Source of the DNA: Microthyrium microscopicum
Lineage: Eukaryota
Direction: 5' to 3'
DNA length: 64,000 nt
Assembly (NCBI GenBank): GCA_010405405.1
Contig: MU004239.1
Span: 558,001-622,000 of the forward strand
Shown here: piece after piece, positions 25,546 to 37,679 of the stretch
Layout of the letters: every line of letters begins with the position of its first letter
How positions within the stretch are numbered: the first letter of the stretch is position 1
Notes under the pieces: model-generated
What the model saw: only the letters and a program-made list of their open reading frames with translations
Told to the model about the DNA's origin: nothing
Databases searched by the model: none
Program-made: the position numbers and the translations under genes

Positions 25546-26443
25546 GATTATAATCTCAAATGACTGCGTAGGGACGGTTTAATGCTCTCGATGATACATG
25601 GCCATCAGACCGATGAAGAAAATGGAGAGGAAAGGGTGATGCGGGATTGGAAAGTTTAGGCTGGTAGGCGAAAGCAGCCTTGAGCTTGAAGGCAGCAGCG
25701 CTAAAGTGGATACTTATCGATTTGATGCGGGTCGGCCCGCATCTCTAACTATACGGGGTTTAGCGCGAGATTCTACCTCTCAATTTGAGGTGGAACGAAC
25801 TGCAACAACACGCACATCACCATGTCAGGTTGATTGAGGCAACTCAACTGCTGCTCTTATACGGAAAGCGGCGAGACCGATATCTAAGTCTCTCAGACAG
25901 ATTATGCGAGCTCTGGCTGTGAGTTCATCAGCTTCTCATAGTACAACCCACACTGCGAGTGGCTACATCTTCATTCTGTTGGTCGTACGTAATTGACGAT
26001 TTCAAGGTTACAATCGGCATAATTTATAGGGACAGAAAATACAAGGAGACCAGGTTACTTTAGGCGTATCTTGACAGTAGAGTCAGTCGACTTCAGCAAA
26101 TGCTACTAAGATTTGAATCTATTAGCATCTATATGACACGGGTAATATCAACAATTGGCCCCCAAACACACACAGCTAATTTGCAACGGCTTGCCAGAAT
26201 AAACGACTCAGAATAAATAGGCAAGGAAAACATTTGAGCCAGACTCGAGGGTCAGCAAAAAGAACACCAAGATAGAATGTGCCTAAATTGGCTAACGGAA
26301 ACGACAAAGAAAACACAACGCCTTTTGGGTTGTACCCGTGAGAATATAACCATGCTAGATCCAACTTCTCGCATCGGGCTACTATTTCGCAATCTGATAT
26401 GCGAACACTATTTTGGGGTTATTTCCCTTGCAAAAATGCCACG

Positions 26444-27586
26444 TCATGCTCTTTGAGCTCCAAGATATCGTCGTGTATCTTCGGCGGCAAAGCTGAAGGG
26501 ACTCTTTGCCATGTCTGGCGAGCGTGGTGATAGTGGTAGTGCAAATAGCTCTTCTTCCTCCGCATGCTGATGCATGGATAGACCTGTAGAAGGCGTAGCC
26601 TGACCGGATAGAAGGGCACCAATAGAAAATAATGACGAAGCTGTCTGTGGCGTATTGAATGTTGAGACCGGTGGTAAAATGGCAGTAATCTGCGGTTGCG
26701 GTGCAGGTGCACTTTCCGCTGCGGCAGCGAGTTTTTGCACTTTGCCTCTACATAATGGGACAGCAACTTCCTCATTTGCGGGACGAACGGGTGAGTCGAC
26801 AGTCTGGAGCTTGAGGCCGCGAAGCTTTTCTGATAGACGGCGTCCTGTGGGACTTAGAGGTGACGTTGGTGATTGCGGAATGTCGTGTGGGCGGATGTTG
26901 AGGGTGCGTGGTTTAGTGGCAAGCCCGAACTTTTCTTCTATCCATTCTTTTTCGCTAATGGCCATTTGCAGCGCGATGCCTTCGCAGTTGGACTGGGCTT
27001 CTTCTTGGATTTCGCGGCCGAGCTTTTCGAGCCGCTTTTCGGCCCAGATGTTGTGTAACACGCCTTTGCCATTCTTAGTCTTGGAGTTGGCAAGACCCGC
27101 TGGGAATATGGCGGGCAGTGGGTTGGTCTTCCAGACGATAGGTTGACTTTTGTTGTCTGATGGTGTTAATGTCAGGGTCACTGTCGCCGGTACTGATTTC
27201 TTTGGCCCGAGAAAGAAGTATAGACGGTGACTTGACTGTCTCATCGAGACTTCCGAGTCGGCGGTTGATGGAGCAGAATCATCGTCATGTGGACTTGCGA
27301 TCTCAGCCTTCTCTTCTGCAGGCAGCACATGCGGTGGCTTGCCTTCCCAGCTCACGGTCCAAGTACCGTTCAGACGTCGAGTGTCTGCATCATCTTCCCA
27401 TTCCACCATCAACACTTTGGTTCCATCGTTCCCACGACCGTTCTCAAACTCGAACCGTGCGCTCGCCAGAGGAGTGGACAGCGAGGGGCTGGAAACGTGG
27501 TCGTCTCCACGATCTTGTTTGAGAGACTCGAGAGCAGATGTCTTCAGGGCTGCAAGTGCGGGGGGTTGCTCAGCGAGACTGGACAT
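26444..27586 (-). CDS. Conserved fungal hypothetical protein
   Basis: Long uninterrupted ORF with ordered blocks GTKVLMVEWE..WTVSWEGK, NPLPAIFP and GVLHNIWAEKRL..EI..E, then an SP-rich tail ending LPLSPRSPDMAKSPFSF. Start placed at ATG 27586 (MSSLAEQ). Confidence 0.8.
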   Translation of the reverse strand: MSSLAEQPPALAALKTSALESLKQDRGDDHVSSPSLSTPLASARFEFENGRGNDGTKVLMVEWEDDADTRRLNGTWTVSWEGKPPHVLPAEEKAEIASPHDDDSAPSTADSEVSMRQSSHRLYFFLGPKKSVPATVTLTLTPSDNKSQPIVWKTNPLPAIFPAGLANSKTKNGKGVLHNIWAEKRLEKLGREIQEEAQSNCEGIALQMAISEKEWIEEKFGLATKPRTLNIRPHDIPQSPTSPLSPTGRRLSEKLRGLKLQTVDSPVRPANEEVAVPLCRGKVQKLAAAAESAPAPQPQITAILPPVSTFNTPQTASSLFSIGALLSGQATPSTGLSMHQHAEEEELFALPLSPRSPDMAKSPFSFAAEDTRRYLGAQRA

Positions 27587-29557
27587 TGTGGCGCACAAGA
27601 GAAGCAGTCGTTGTGTCTTGCAGATAGTGATAGGCTTGCGACTGCGAGGCGGAGTTGGAGTTGCTTGGCTGTTGAGGTTGGAGCTGCAGTTAAGCGCCCG
27701 GAACGACAAGCTTTAGATATGAGATCCTAAGATCCTACAAGCAACTGGGCGGCTAGAGAATTGGATGGTGTTGAGTGGTTTGGCGGGCAACGATGAGGCA
27801 GCTTGTCAAGATAGGTCGGTGCGAGTCTGTAACGACCAAGATATGGGAAAAACGTGGTCAGACTTTAGCAGTTGCAGTCAGCAACCGAAGGCAAATGAGT
27901 GCAGATCGCGTGCAAAAGAAGATTATGGGGATGGCAACTGTTGGTTAGCGGCTGGAAAGTGCTCTGTTGGCTGCATGGATTCAATGATTCAAACCTGTAG
28001 GAACCATGTGCAAATTGATCTAATAATAGACATTGCGAGACCTTGATCAAGAGTACGAGGCCCCGTCTGTCCAATTATGGCATCGCTCTCAATTACGACT
28101 CTCTATTCCAGCCAATTAAACTCATTGTATGATCAGGGGTTCCTAAAACATTTACTAGGGAACAATCGTCGTCCCTTTTGCCTCACTATTTTCGGCGTCG
28201 GCTTCATTTGATATGGTCAGCTTCGACGACTTCCCTTTCACCCACCCTCCGTTTCGGTTCTCGGGTCATTTCTTTGCCATTGCAGCAGTCTTTGCAAGTG
28301 GCAATCCCTCCTCCTTTGCGTAAGTCTTTGTTCTTTCACGGAGCCGAATTCATCTTGCTTCTGACTTGAGACATGTTCCGCTATCATACACAATTACGGC
28401 ATTTCCTACACCCATACAATCATCATCTTGACCTATCTTCAAGGCCCACTAAATCCCGTACTTTTAACAACACGGAGCACCCAACACTATAAACCAACAC
28501 TAACAATAATCGAAATATAGCAGCGTATATTGATATGTGAAGCGCACCAGCCCCAAAGCTTAACTCCAAACTGCAGTCGCCAAGCACATTCCAATCTTCT
28601 AGAAGGGCCCTAGAAGACAGGCCCACCCCATTTCGCCTGTTCCATCGATATTGCAATGAACCAGGAAAGAAATGATCCTCAATTATCAAATTCCATTCTA
28701 TTGCAATTTGACCCAGGAAGGCAACTGATCGTCATTCAACCAAGTCTTCTACTGTAACCTCAGGGCAAACTAACATTTCAATACTCCCCTACACTGGCCT
28801 TGTTCCACACGAACTCGATGCTCACCAGGCCGCCGGCAGCAAGCTCCCTGGAACAAAGTAGCGTTGCTATTCGTACCCGGAATTATCTCGGCTCGCTCAA
28901 CACTGGCTGGCCTTGCGGAGAGACACTGGAACAATATATATTGCCCGTTTAGATTAAACAGACCTGTTCTTCAGTCGCACGCGGCGCAATTGGTGACGGT
29001 ACTCTACACATCCACCGTCCGTACGGAGGTCTGTCTCCGAACAGTTGAACACACATCTTCCCGTCTATCCTGGGCGAAAACCGGGCGCAAAGGAACGTCC
29101 AGCCAATTCAATATCGAGAAAATGGCACTTTGTAGTTTCCGTGACCAATCGTCACTTTCCGAAAGTGATACACCTGAACGGCCTTTGTCCCCCAAAGTCG
29201 AAGGTGCAAGTCGACCCGGGGTATGGCGAACTACCTACGTAAAGGGATTGATGTTCCCCAGATACACATCAATCTGCTGACTATCGTGAACCCTTAAGCC
29301 CCTCACTTAGTCGCGTACAACTCAGGCATGCTAATTGCACCTCGCGTTCCTGCTCAATTGAGAAGGACTCGAGGACATCGTGCCTCAATCGCATTAAGAA
29401 AACGCTCGAGAACAGCGCCTGACGTGCAATGTGACAGTGTACACAAGTTCGCATAACCGGCTCCATCGTCCGCCATCTCAACGTGACATCCACCTCATTT
29501 TGACAGCGGGAAGATGCATTTCTGGCCATTGACAGGTGTGGTTCCGTCTACCAAGTA

Positions 29558-30177
29558 CCGTAGCGTGGAGGGGGGAGTAAAGGACTTGATATTTTGATGA
29601 AACTACATGATCTTTCGAAGTCTTTTTAGAAGTCTATTCTTCTCTAGAAGATGATGTCTTGAGTAGACCTTATGTTTTATGAATAAAAGCACTTACAACT
29701 GAAGATGAAGAAGGCACGATAGGATATTAGTAAGAACGAAAGTATAAAGTAGTAGAGATGAATAGATTAGGGGCTATATATATATGCTTAGTAATTTAGT
29801 CTCATTATCGTAAAACCCCTAGTAATATATAGTTGTAATTCTGCTCCGCCTAACTAAGCCGTAGCGTATTGATTTAGCCTCTTTAGTAGTTCGAATTATA
29901 ATGTATAGTAATAATTCCAAAAAAAGTAAATTCTCTTTTTAATAACTTAGGTACCTTTAGCAAGTAATGTCCATTTTTTTTACTCTTTTATACTATGAAA
30001 ACATGACCAAAACATACCTAAAAAATGCTTCTTTTAGAAAATGCTTTTATTACTAGAAAATGATTCTTTCAAAGAGTGCGCACGATGCACTACTATTAGA
30101 AACATGTATCTTTTGCTAGAAAAGCATAATAGTACAATCACTAGTCGATTTCTATTACTCCCCGTCGCGCGCTACGG
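29558..30177. mobile_element. Non-autonomous DNA transposon / MITE-like element with TA target duplication, RIP-degraded (~620 bp)
   Basis: Left end TA-CCGTAGCGTGGAGGGGGGAGTAA (29556-29580) versus the reverse complement of the right end TA-CCGTAGCGCGCGACGGGGAGTAA (30155-30179), 20/25 identical. The interior is AT- and TpA-rich with no credible ORF. Confidence 0.7.
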
Positions 30178-31113
30178 TAGGTACCCTCACCCGGGAAGAA
30201 CGTTATTGTGGGACATGCCTCTTGGTGGTATGGATAACGATGTGTTGGCAATTATCTAGATTCGACGGCCTTTTATTGGGGCAAAGGCGGCCGGATAATG
30301 CTAGGGTCGTGACACAAGTTGTGGGAATGGTTCTTGTGATACGGAGGCTGTTGGGAACACAATGGCCAATATAGAGTGATATTGACAGCGGTTGAGATGG
30401 ATGCGACGGTAACTATAGTGACTTACACGAGATGGGAAGTTAAGAGAATGGGCTTGAGTTTTGAAACGAACAGGATTTGGTGAAATTATGGTACATTAAA
30501 TGGTCGAAACGAATTTGTTTCCTTGTGTCTCGTTAGGCGCTCAGTGGTCGATCGTGTGTGCCATGGCTTGTTCGATGGAGTTGGCAAATGGATAGTTCAA
30601 AAGTGTCACTGATAGAGAAATGGAGAAAAGTAGAAGTGAATGATATCAAATCGTTATTCGTCTCGCCGCCAACTGCTTAGCGAATAGAAATGTTTGTTCT
30701 GCCTAATTACAAGTTGTGATTTCAACCCATCAATGCAGACCCCATTGTGTCCCAAAAAATGATTTCGCTCCAAATCCAAAGTCCCCCATTCTTTCTATGA
30801 CTCAAGGAAAGTTTGAAATGAAAAACGTGATAGCGTTGCGATTGCATTAAAATGCAAAAGTGTGAGAAAAGATTATGTACAATTGGGTATAAAACTGCGC
30901 CGAGTTGTGTGATGTTTTAGGGGATGTTCTCTTTCCCCAAGAGAAACTTGTAGCCTTGCTTGCCAGTGATTTCCAGAACTCCTTGCGGAATGAAAATAAT
31001 AAATAATAATATTACAAAATAATAGTGAGTGTTGGTATAATGCTGTGATGCAAAAGTAATGGAGAAATGTTGTGGCGAAATCAGACCAGGATGAGTTGAG
31101 TGGAAGAGGGCTT

Positions 31114-33110
31114 TTAGATCAACAAAAAGTCCCATCCGTTCTGGCTCATCACGTCCCTCCAGTGGACGCTCCGTTCGCCTCGCGAGGCTCGTTCATCGTT
31201 GACTTTCCAGGTCTCGTTGAGAAGCATCTGCATGCGACCAAAGGCTCCCATCTCGCCGCTAGCGCCCAGTTTGGCTACGCGCTGTTGGAAGACGGTTCGG
31301 AAGAGCGAGTTGGGTAGGCTGACTGCGCCGGCTTGGAGAAGAGGCCAGACTAGAGCGCGGTCGAAGCCATCTTCGCCAGGAGGTACATATTGCAAGGCCT
31401 CGACGAGTGAATCGACAAGACCTTGGATGCTGGTTTGGGTGGCTTCGAAGTCAGGAAGCAGGCTGCATAGGTAGATGCGGGCCGCGATGCGATAGACGTG
31501 AGAAAGATTGGCAGACAATTGAGCACCATCGAGAGCACCAGAGGCAGTGAGGGCACTGTTGGGGACAAGCTTCGATTGGAGCTGGTTGTTGCTGATGTGA
31601 TCGCCTAGGCTCTTGATGTGGAAGCAGACGGTGACGTCGTCAACTATGGACTCCTTCTTGAAGTTGGCGAGGCAGGCAATCTCGGAGATGAGGTAGAGGA
31701 GGTTGTCGTCGCAGCCAAAGGAGCCGCTGAAGCCAAGTTCAGTGCCATTCATGATATTGTGGCGGTACAAGTCCGCGTAGGCTGGCTTGGAGCCAGTCAT
31801 GGTGGCACCGAGGATGTCGACCCAGCCGGCGACGGTCATATTCTTCTCTTCGTCACCGAGGCGGAGCATGGCGTCTTTGGCGGCTTTCCAGTGAGCGTCC
31901 CATGGAAGTTCGCACATGTCTTGATCCGAGCTACCAACTAGACCTCGAAGGTAGATCATGGCTAGTGATGTTTCGGCGACTTGTGAGAATTTCGTGGGAT
32001 CGTTGCTTGTGAGCCAGGTGGTGATCACGCGGATGCTTTCGGTGACGTGGCGGGCGAGGTCCTCTTCCAGAGAGGCGTTGTAACCAGTGGTGGCCTTGAG
32101 ATGGACTGCTGCATAGGAGAGAGCGGCATGGAAGTAAGCTTGGTTGGTATCAAGAGGAGCGATGAGAACTTGTTCGTGGACTTTTGGGTCTGTTATCTTG
32201 AGCATTGGGAATGCTAATGGAGCCACTGCTGTCCGGAAATGAAAAAGAAGGTACTCGTCTCGTTGCTCGACTTTGACCATTGGCGCTGCTTTCATCTTGG
32301 GCGTTACTGATTGTGATGGAAGAGTGGTGGTGCCAAAGTCAAAGACAGAGAAATCTAGTGAATCATCCAGTAGTTCTTGATGGTGCTCAAAAGTCGAATT
32401 CTGTACCCAATTGTCCATGTATGGCCGGTCTTCTGAAGGCGGTAGAGCTTCAAAGTATGTTGTCGATATCGTCGAGTCCTTTCTCGAGGCGACATTGTTT
32501 ACTAGCCATTCGGTCTCTATTTTCAACGACTCATTGAAAGGTTGATAACCAAAAGGAGCAACACCAGGTTGCATAGGAGCCATAATCTGAGGAGCGAACA
32601 TATCCGAAGTTTGAATACCATTGAATTCCATATCGTCAGAGAATGTCGAGTCTGTTGAAGCTCCTCGAGTCCGGCACATGCCTTCTGAAGGTGAATGGTA
32701 TAGTGGAGGTGTGTTTGTCGGCAGATGCATTTGATGAGCGGCGGCTTGTTTTTCTTGAATCTTCATGTTCTTGATTTGATTCTTAATGAGTTCTTTTTGT
32801 TGCCGTCTTTGATCTGCGTTGCCCCACCACATTGGTCGTTTGTATTCACAGCAGATGGCGAGTTTGTGGCAGGCTTTGCAACCTGGCTTGCCTTCATCAC
32901 ACTTCTTTCGTCGCAGACGACAAGTGAAGCAGCCTGATTCATGTCAGCCTTGTGTTCACCCAATTGGCGAGTTTAAAGTGTTTTCGTGAGGTACATACCT
33001 GATCTTGATCTTCTATGCATCTTGCTTTGTTGTTTAGCGTCCATTGATTTTGCTGGAACGATAGCAGGTTTAACTGAAGTAGGTTGGGCTGCCATGATGG
33101 TGGGAGACAT
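31114..33110 (-). CDS. pro1: Zn(II)2Cys6 developmental transcription factor PRO1/NosA/ADV-1 (~643 aa)
   Basis: After removing intron 32934-32998: [58 protein letters not shown]. C-terminal fungal TF domain ends ..FDRALVWPLL..SVHWRDVMSQNGWDFLLI. Confidence 0.93.
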
Positions 33111-35959
33111 GATATTAGTGTAGTATATTGTTGTATAAAGATTGTTCGACCAGCGGTAGTTTGTATTATTGTAATGCAAATGAAAGGGAAAGCGAGTAAC
33201 AGTATAAATTATTAGAGTCTTGTGAACCGGCACAAGTTGAACAGAAGAATTGGAAGGCAAAAACGGTACGAAATTCGTGGAATCAACACTGGAGAACAGA
33301 GGGATCTAGAGGGCGCCGGGGGAAGTGTGTATAAGTACACAAATTGGGAGTTAAAGGTAGCTAATTTTCCCAATCTAAGACTTATTCTTAGCAACTTGGC
33401 TGGAAAGTAGGTAAATTAGAGGCGGGATGCACCAACCATCAAGGCCAGCCATCTGAGCATATGCATGAGCTGATTGGAAGAACACTGAATGTGGATGTCC
33501 CCCTAGCCTTGTCTAGCAAGGTGCCATGCGGGACATGCAGAAAGCTAGCAAATTACCAATCAGTGTTGACTTGAGCCTTGGACGGGGCTATTTTTGAGTG
33601 CTTTCTCAGTCCACCGGAGAACTAGCCTTTCCTTGCAAATACTTGCGAGCGAGCCTTGACGATGATGAGCGAGCTGCGAGCCTTGATCCACGGGGGCACC
33701 CTCGACTTTTCCAGATACTTGGGTTCACTAATGCAATCGTCGCAATGGGCGCTGGTTGACCGTGAGTAATGTAAATCGTTGAGGATGTATGAGATAACAA
33801 CAATTGACTTGAGATCATGTCAACTCTCTTTAAAAACATGTGGGATACCATCATCATTGATCCTTTGCAGACCGACAATGCCAACTCACAGATCAAAGAT
33901 GCATCTGCAGTTGTCCACGCGGTCGTGGCCAGTGTAGTGATCACGTTAGAGGCGCATGAGCTAACTAACTGCTTTGATATCTTGCCGTTCGGTCCGCTTA
34001 CAAGTTGCCAGCATCGATCCGCTCTTGCGCATTTCCTCGAGGCTTTCGAGGCTTTCCAATAGAATCCAGTTTAAATCGCTTGATATGGCTCGAGCTTCCT
34101 CGGCATTGAGCGACTGGCTCCCACATTTCAGTAATGATCTGTACATTTTACGTTGCTGAAAGAGAGCCTTTTGAGCATCAGCCGAAGCCGGCGTCCGCCA
34201 CTAATCTTTGCAAAATCTAGAAATCCTTTGGATACGGAGAGGCGGTCCTCATGACCGCAGAGCTCTCTTTCTAGGCAATCGTCGCGGCGGTTCATTTCAG
34301 CGAAAGAGTCCTAACCAAGCGTTCGCATGGGATCATTAAGTCGCAGCTTCAACGGACGAACGAAGCCACTTCATGGCCAGGAGTCCAGGACAGGAGGAGA
34401 AGATTCTGTAAGGGTACCTGGACTGTTCGTGGGGTTTGAGAGGTTGAGAATTAAGCTCGGAAGACGGTTTGCCTCTGATCAAAGCCGGCTGACCAGGGCG
34501 GTCGTTGGTGTCTCTTGGACAAAATGCAGAAAGTTGGCTGGAGGCGGGCGTGGATTGGTTGAAGGCTTGGAGGATGTGATGAAGTTGCATGGGCAGGCTT
34601 CAAAAGCAAGAGAGCTTATCCCTGTCAAGCCTCATTGATTGGAGAGTGCGGCACGCGCCGCTGCACCAGTGCTCAGTCTTCGTTCTGATCTCAGCTTGCT
34701 TCGGCCCCATGAGGACAAGGCTTGGGCAAGGCTCTCTCTACAGTCAAGATCAACTGATGGCTCACCTGTTTCAATTATTTTCGAGTCTACGCTTTCTTTA
34801 TTCTGCAGGTTTTATAGTCTGGAATTCAGTTTGAATGAAATTGGCAAAGGTTATGTTTGACTCCCATCGACTACATTCTTTGCCATCGACTACGATATGG
34901 ACCATCGCACCTACTCTTCAACTTCTGCACAGGCCATTCTCTCGTCGTCGTCTTCGTGGCGTGCCAAGCCCAATGGCTAGCCGGCTCAAGTCGGCCCTGG
35001 CAGCTGCATCGTGGATATCCTAGCCCAATCCGGATAATTATGTAGCATTTCCCACTATAATCTGCTAATTATGCTCCGTGTTTTGGACACAAGTCATGGC
35101 CCACACAATGTCCCATAATTAGCATTTTTTCGCTACCCTCGTGGCCCAGATCATCCACATCCTTGAATTCCTCCACCAACCTGGTCATCTTCCCTCTCCA
35201 TCTCTTCCCCATTGGAGCCCACATCCACCTGCACAATTTACCTGCACAACGATAGACTGAAAAGCGACAAGTGGAGAAAAGCAAAAAGGAAATCGAGCAA
35301 GCCTTCTCAAGTCATTCAATGGATCGGTGGCGCTCCTGCCCTGGACGAGGCTGCTCCAACTTCTCCCTTGCAAACCCGTTGGGTTCATCCGAATTCGGCT
35401 GCTTAATTGATTCAGTTCCCCATCATGATTCATCCATTCCTTACCGTCGTGAGTGTATAACAAACCGCACTGCCTGGAATTTTGTTGGACGATCTTGCAA
35501 ATATCGCTCCTTTCTCCGCCCGCGAGTCAAAATCTTGCCACTCACAAAGCCAATGTTGCCTGGACACGAGGACGTGACCAGTGTCCAAGGTCATTACAAG
35601 TCACAGGTACATTCACAACCTAGGACTTCGCCTGCTTCCTAGCCTCATTCGATCTGATATTTGGCGAGATTTTGTCGAGTCCTCAAGCAGGTACGCAACG
35701 GCCCTACATCATGCTGTGTGGCTCAGGATTTGGCCTTTTTGCCTGTACGTGACCGAATCTGGTCCATTCCTCAACTACAAACCGAGTTGCGGTGAGCGAC
35801 ATACCCAACGCACACCAACCTGAATATTCCCAACTTCAATGGCACATGTTACATTCCCACACTATTCTTCGGCAGTCCTGAACTTTATGAGGGGTTCAAT
35901 CCCGCTGAATTGGGTCAGTGTAACCCCGTCACGACTTCCGTGCGCCGTTTCCTGGATTA

Positions 35960-37679
35960 CTGGGTCCTACCCCTGCTGAATTCAATGTGAACTATCGGTG
36001 TGCCACCAAAAACGCCTATATTTACTATATATCAAAACGACTAATTACAAGACCATTCCAAGCCCAATTTAGACGATTTTTAGTACTATGTGTAGCCCCC
36101 ATTCGCGGCTATCACCGTAGCACAACGAGTAGGCATTGTTATAATTAAACGACGAAGCTATTCCTAAGTAATTACATCCTAAGATACCTAAACAACTCCT
36201 TAAAGCTAAATTAGGGTTAAACGGGCATAGGTTCCATAGAGGGCCTAAATATAATTCTTTATTCTAGCCCAAACGGCTTTAATTAGGTTTAAATTAGGTA
36301 AGTAGAGAGAGAATTCCATTATAAGAATACCTATAGATTCTAAGGTATCTTTAGTCAACTTCGCGATATATAAAGAAGCGTTATTATATATAAAAAGGGT
36401 CACTATTAGTATTTCGTTAAAGAATTAGCCTACTAGAAGGCAAATTTACTTAGAATACCTCTAAGTAGTAATTATCTTCTACTACTTCTCCTAAAATAAA
36501 TAAGATCCTTTCTTATCTCTATAAAACTAACCCTAAAATATCTATCTACGAGGGTAAGAAACCTTTAAAAAGATATAAGTATCTAAATATACTTTACCTA
36601 CTTAATAAGTAATCTAACACTTTTAGTAGTTGCTATTAACCTACGTCTTATTAGACTAATTAACCTACTACTACTAATCTAATAACTACGTAATATAGGT
36701 ATAGGCAAATTTAAGGCATTTAGCTCTAATAGCTACTAAAAGATATAGCTTACCTAAGGCAATTCTACGTTTAAATCTATAGCTTTAAAGTACTATTTTA
36801 ATAGCAGTATTACTAACGCTAAAGTAAGCAAATAGACTTCTAGCAAGCTTAATATACGTTATAGATTAATTCTAATAACTATCTATAATAAACAAGATAA
36901 TTTCATTAGTTTATTTATTATTTAAGATATAGCAGCGATAGGTTTAGTAGGTAGAGGTAACATTTAGCTAAAAAAGAGTGTATTAAACCTAATTACGTAT
37001 AAATTTTAAAGCCTTAGTAATAGCTTATTGAAGGAATCCAACAGCCTTTAAAGTATATACCTTTAGGTGATCGTCACGAGTAAGCTATAAAGACCAATTT
37101 AATACAGTAGTACTAAAAAATAAGGTATTATTAGTCCCAAAAGAGCTAGTAGATAATAAATCGAGAGAATCTAGGCCTTCATTAATACCAATCTAGTCTG
37201 AATCAGAATCAGGATTAAGATTAGGGAACAGGGCCCCCAAATTAAGGTTTAAGTAATTAGGGGTGGTAGAAGGGGCTAGCGGCTCTTCTAGAGCCTCTTA
37301 AGGAATCTAAACGGACTACAAATTAGCAATATATTCTATAATGAATTAGTAATTAGTAAAGGGGCCAAAATAAGAGAATAAGTGTGTTTTGATTGGTTAA
37401 GATAAGATAGAATGGTTAGTTGTTAAAGCTAAAATAGACGCTCTAAGGGAGCTATTTATCTGCAAGGGAACACTGCAGGATTTAGGGCCAAAATAGGCAA
37501 AACGCCGCTAATTCATTAATGCCATCATAATCTATACCCAAAATAGGTTATATTACTTCAAAACAGGTTATTATAACACCAATAAACGCCTCTATAGAGC
37601 TCCTGATCAACCTGTCTAAAGATCAACATTGTGGATCCTGTGGCTTCCACATACTGGATTCAGCAGGGGTAGGACCAAG
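35960..37679. mobile_element. RIP-degraded DNA transposon with ~30-bp TIRs and TA target duplication (Tc1/mariner-type signature, 1.72 kb)
   Basis: Left end TA-CTGGGTCCTACCCCTGCTGAATTCAATGTG (35958-35989) versus the reverse complement of the right end TA-CTTGGTCCTACCCCTGCTGAATCCAGTATG (37650-37681). The interior (~36010-37600) is strongly TpA-rich and CpA/TpG-poor, and the ORF track shows no ORF there. Confidence 0.8.

Noticed and set aside
27587..27709. Upstream extension of the hypothetical ORF to 27709
   Set aside because: Begins at a non-ATG codon and looks like 5' UTR.
28864..29529. Short ORFs of 63-138 aa
   Set aside because: Mostly non-ATG starts, with no motifs, codon bias or splice support.
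33606..35823. Many short overlapping ORFs upstream of pro1
   Set aside because: No recognisable domain and no coherent exon chain; a decayed gene cannot be excluded but is not supportable.
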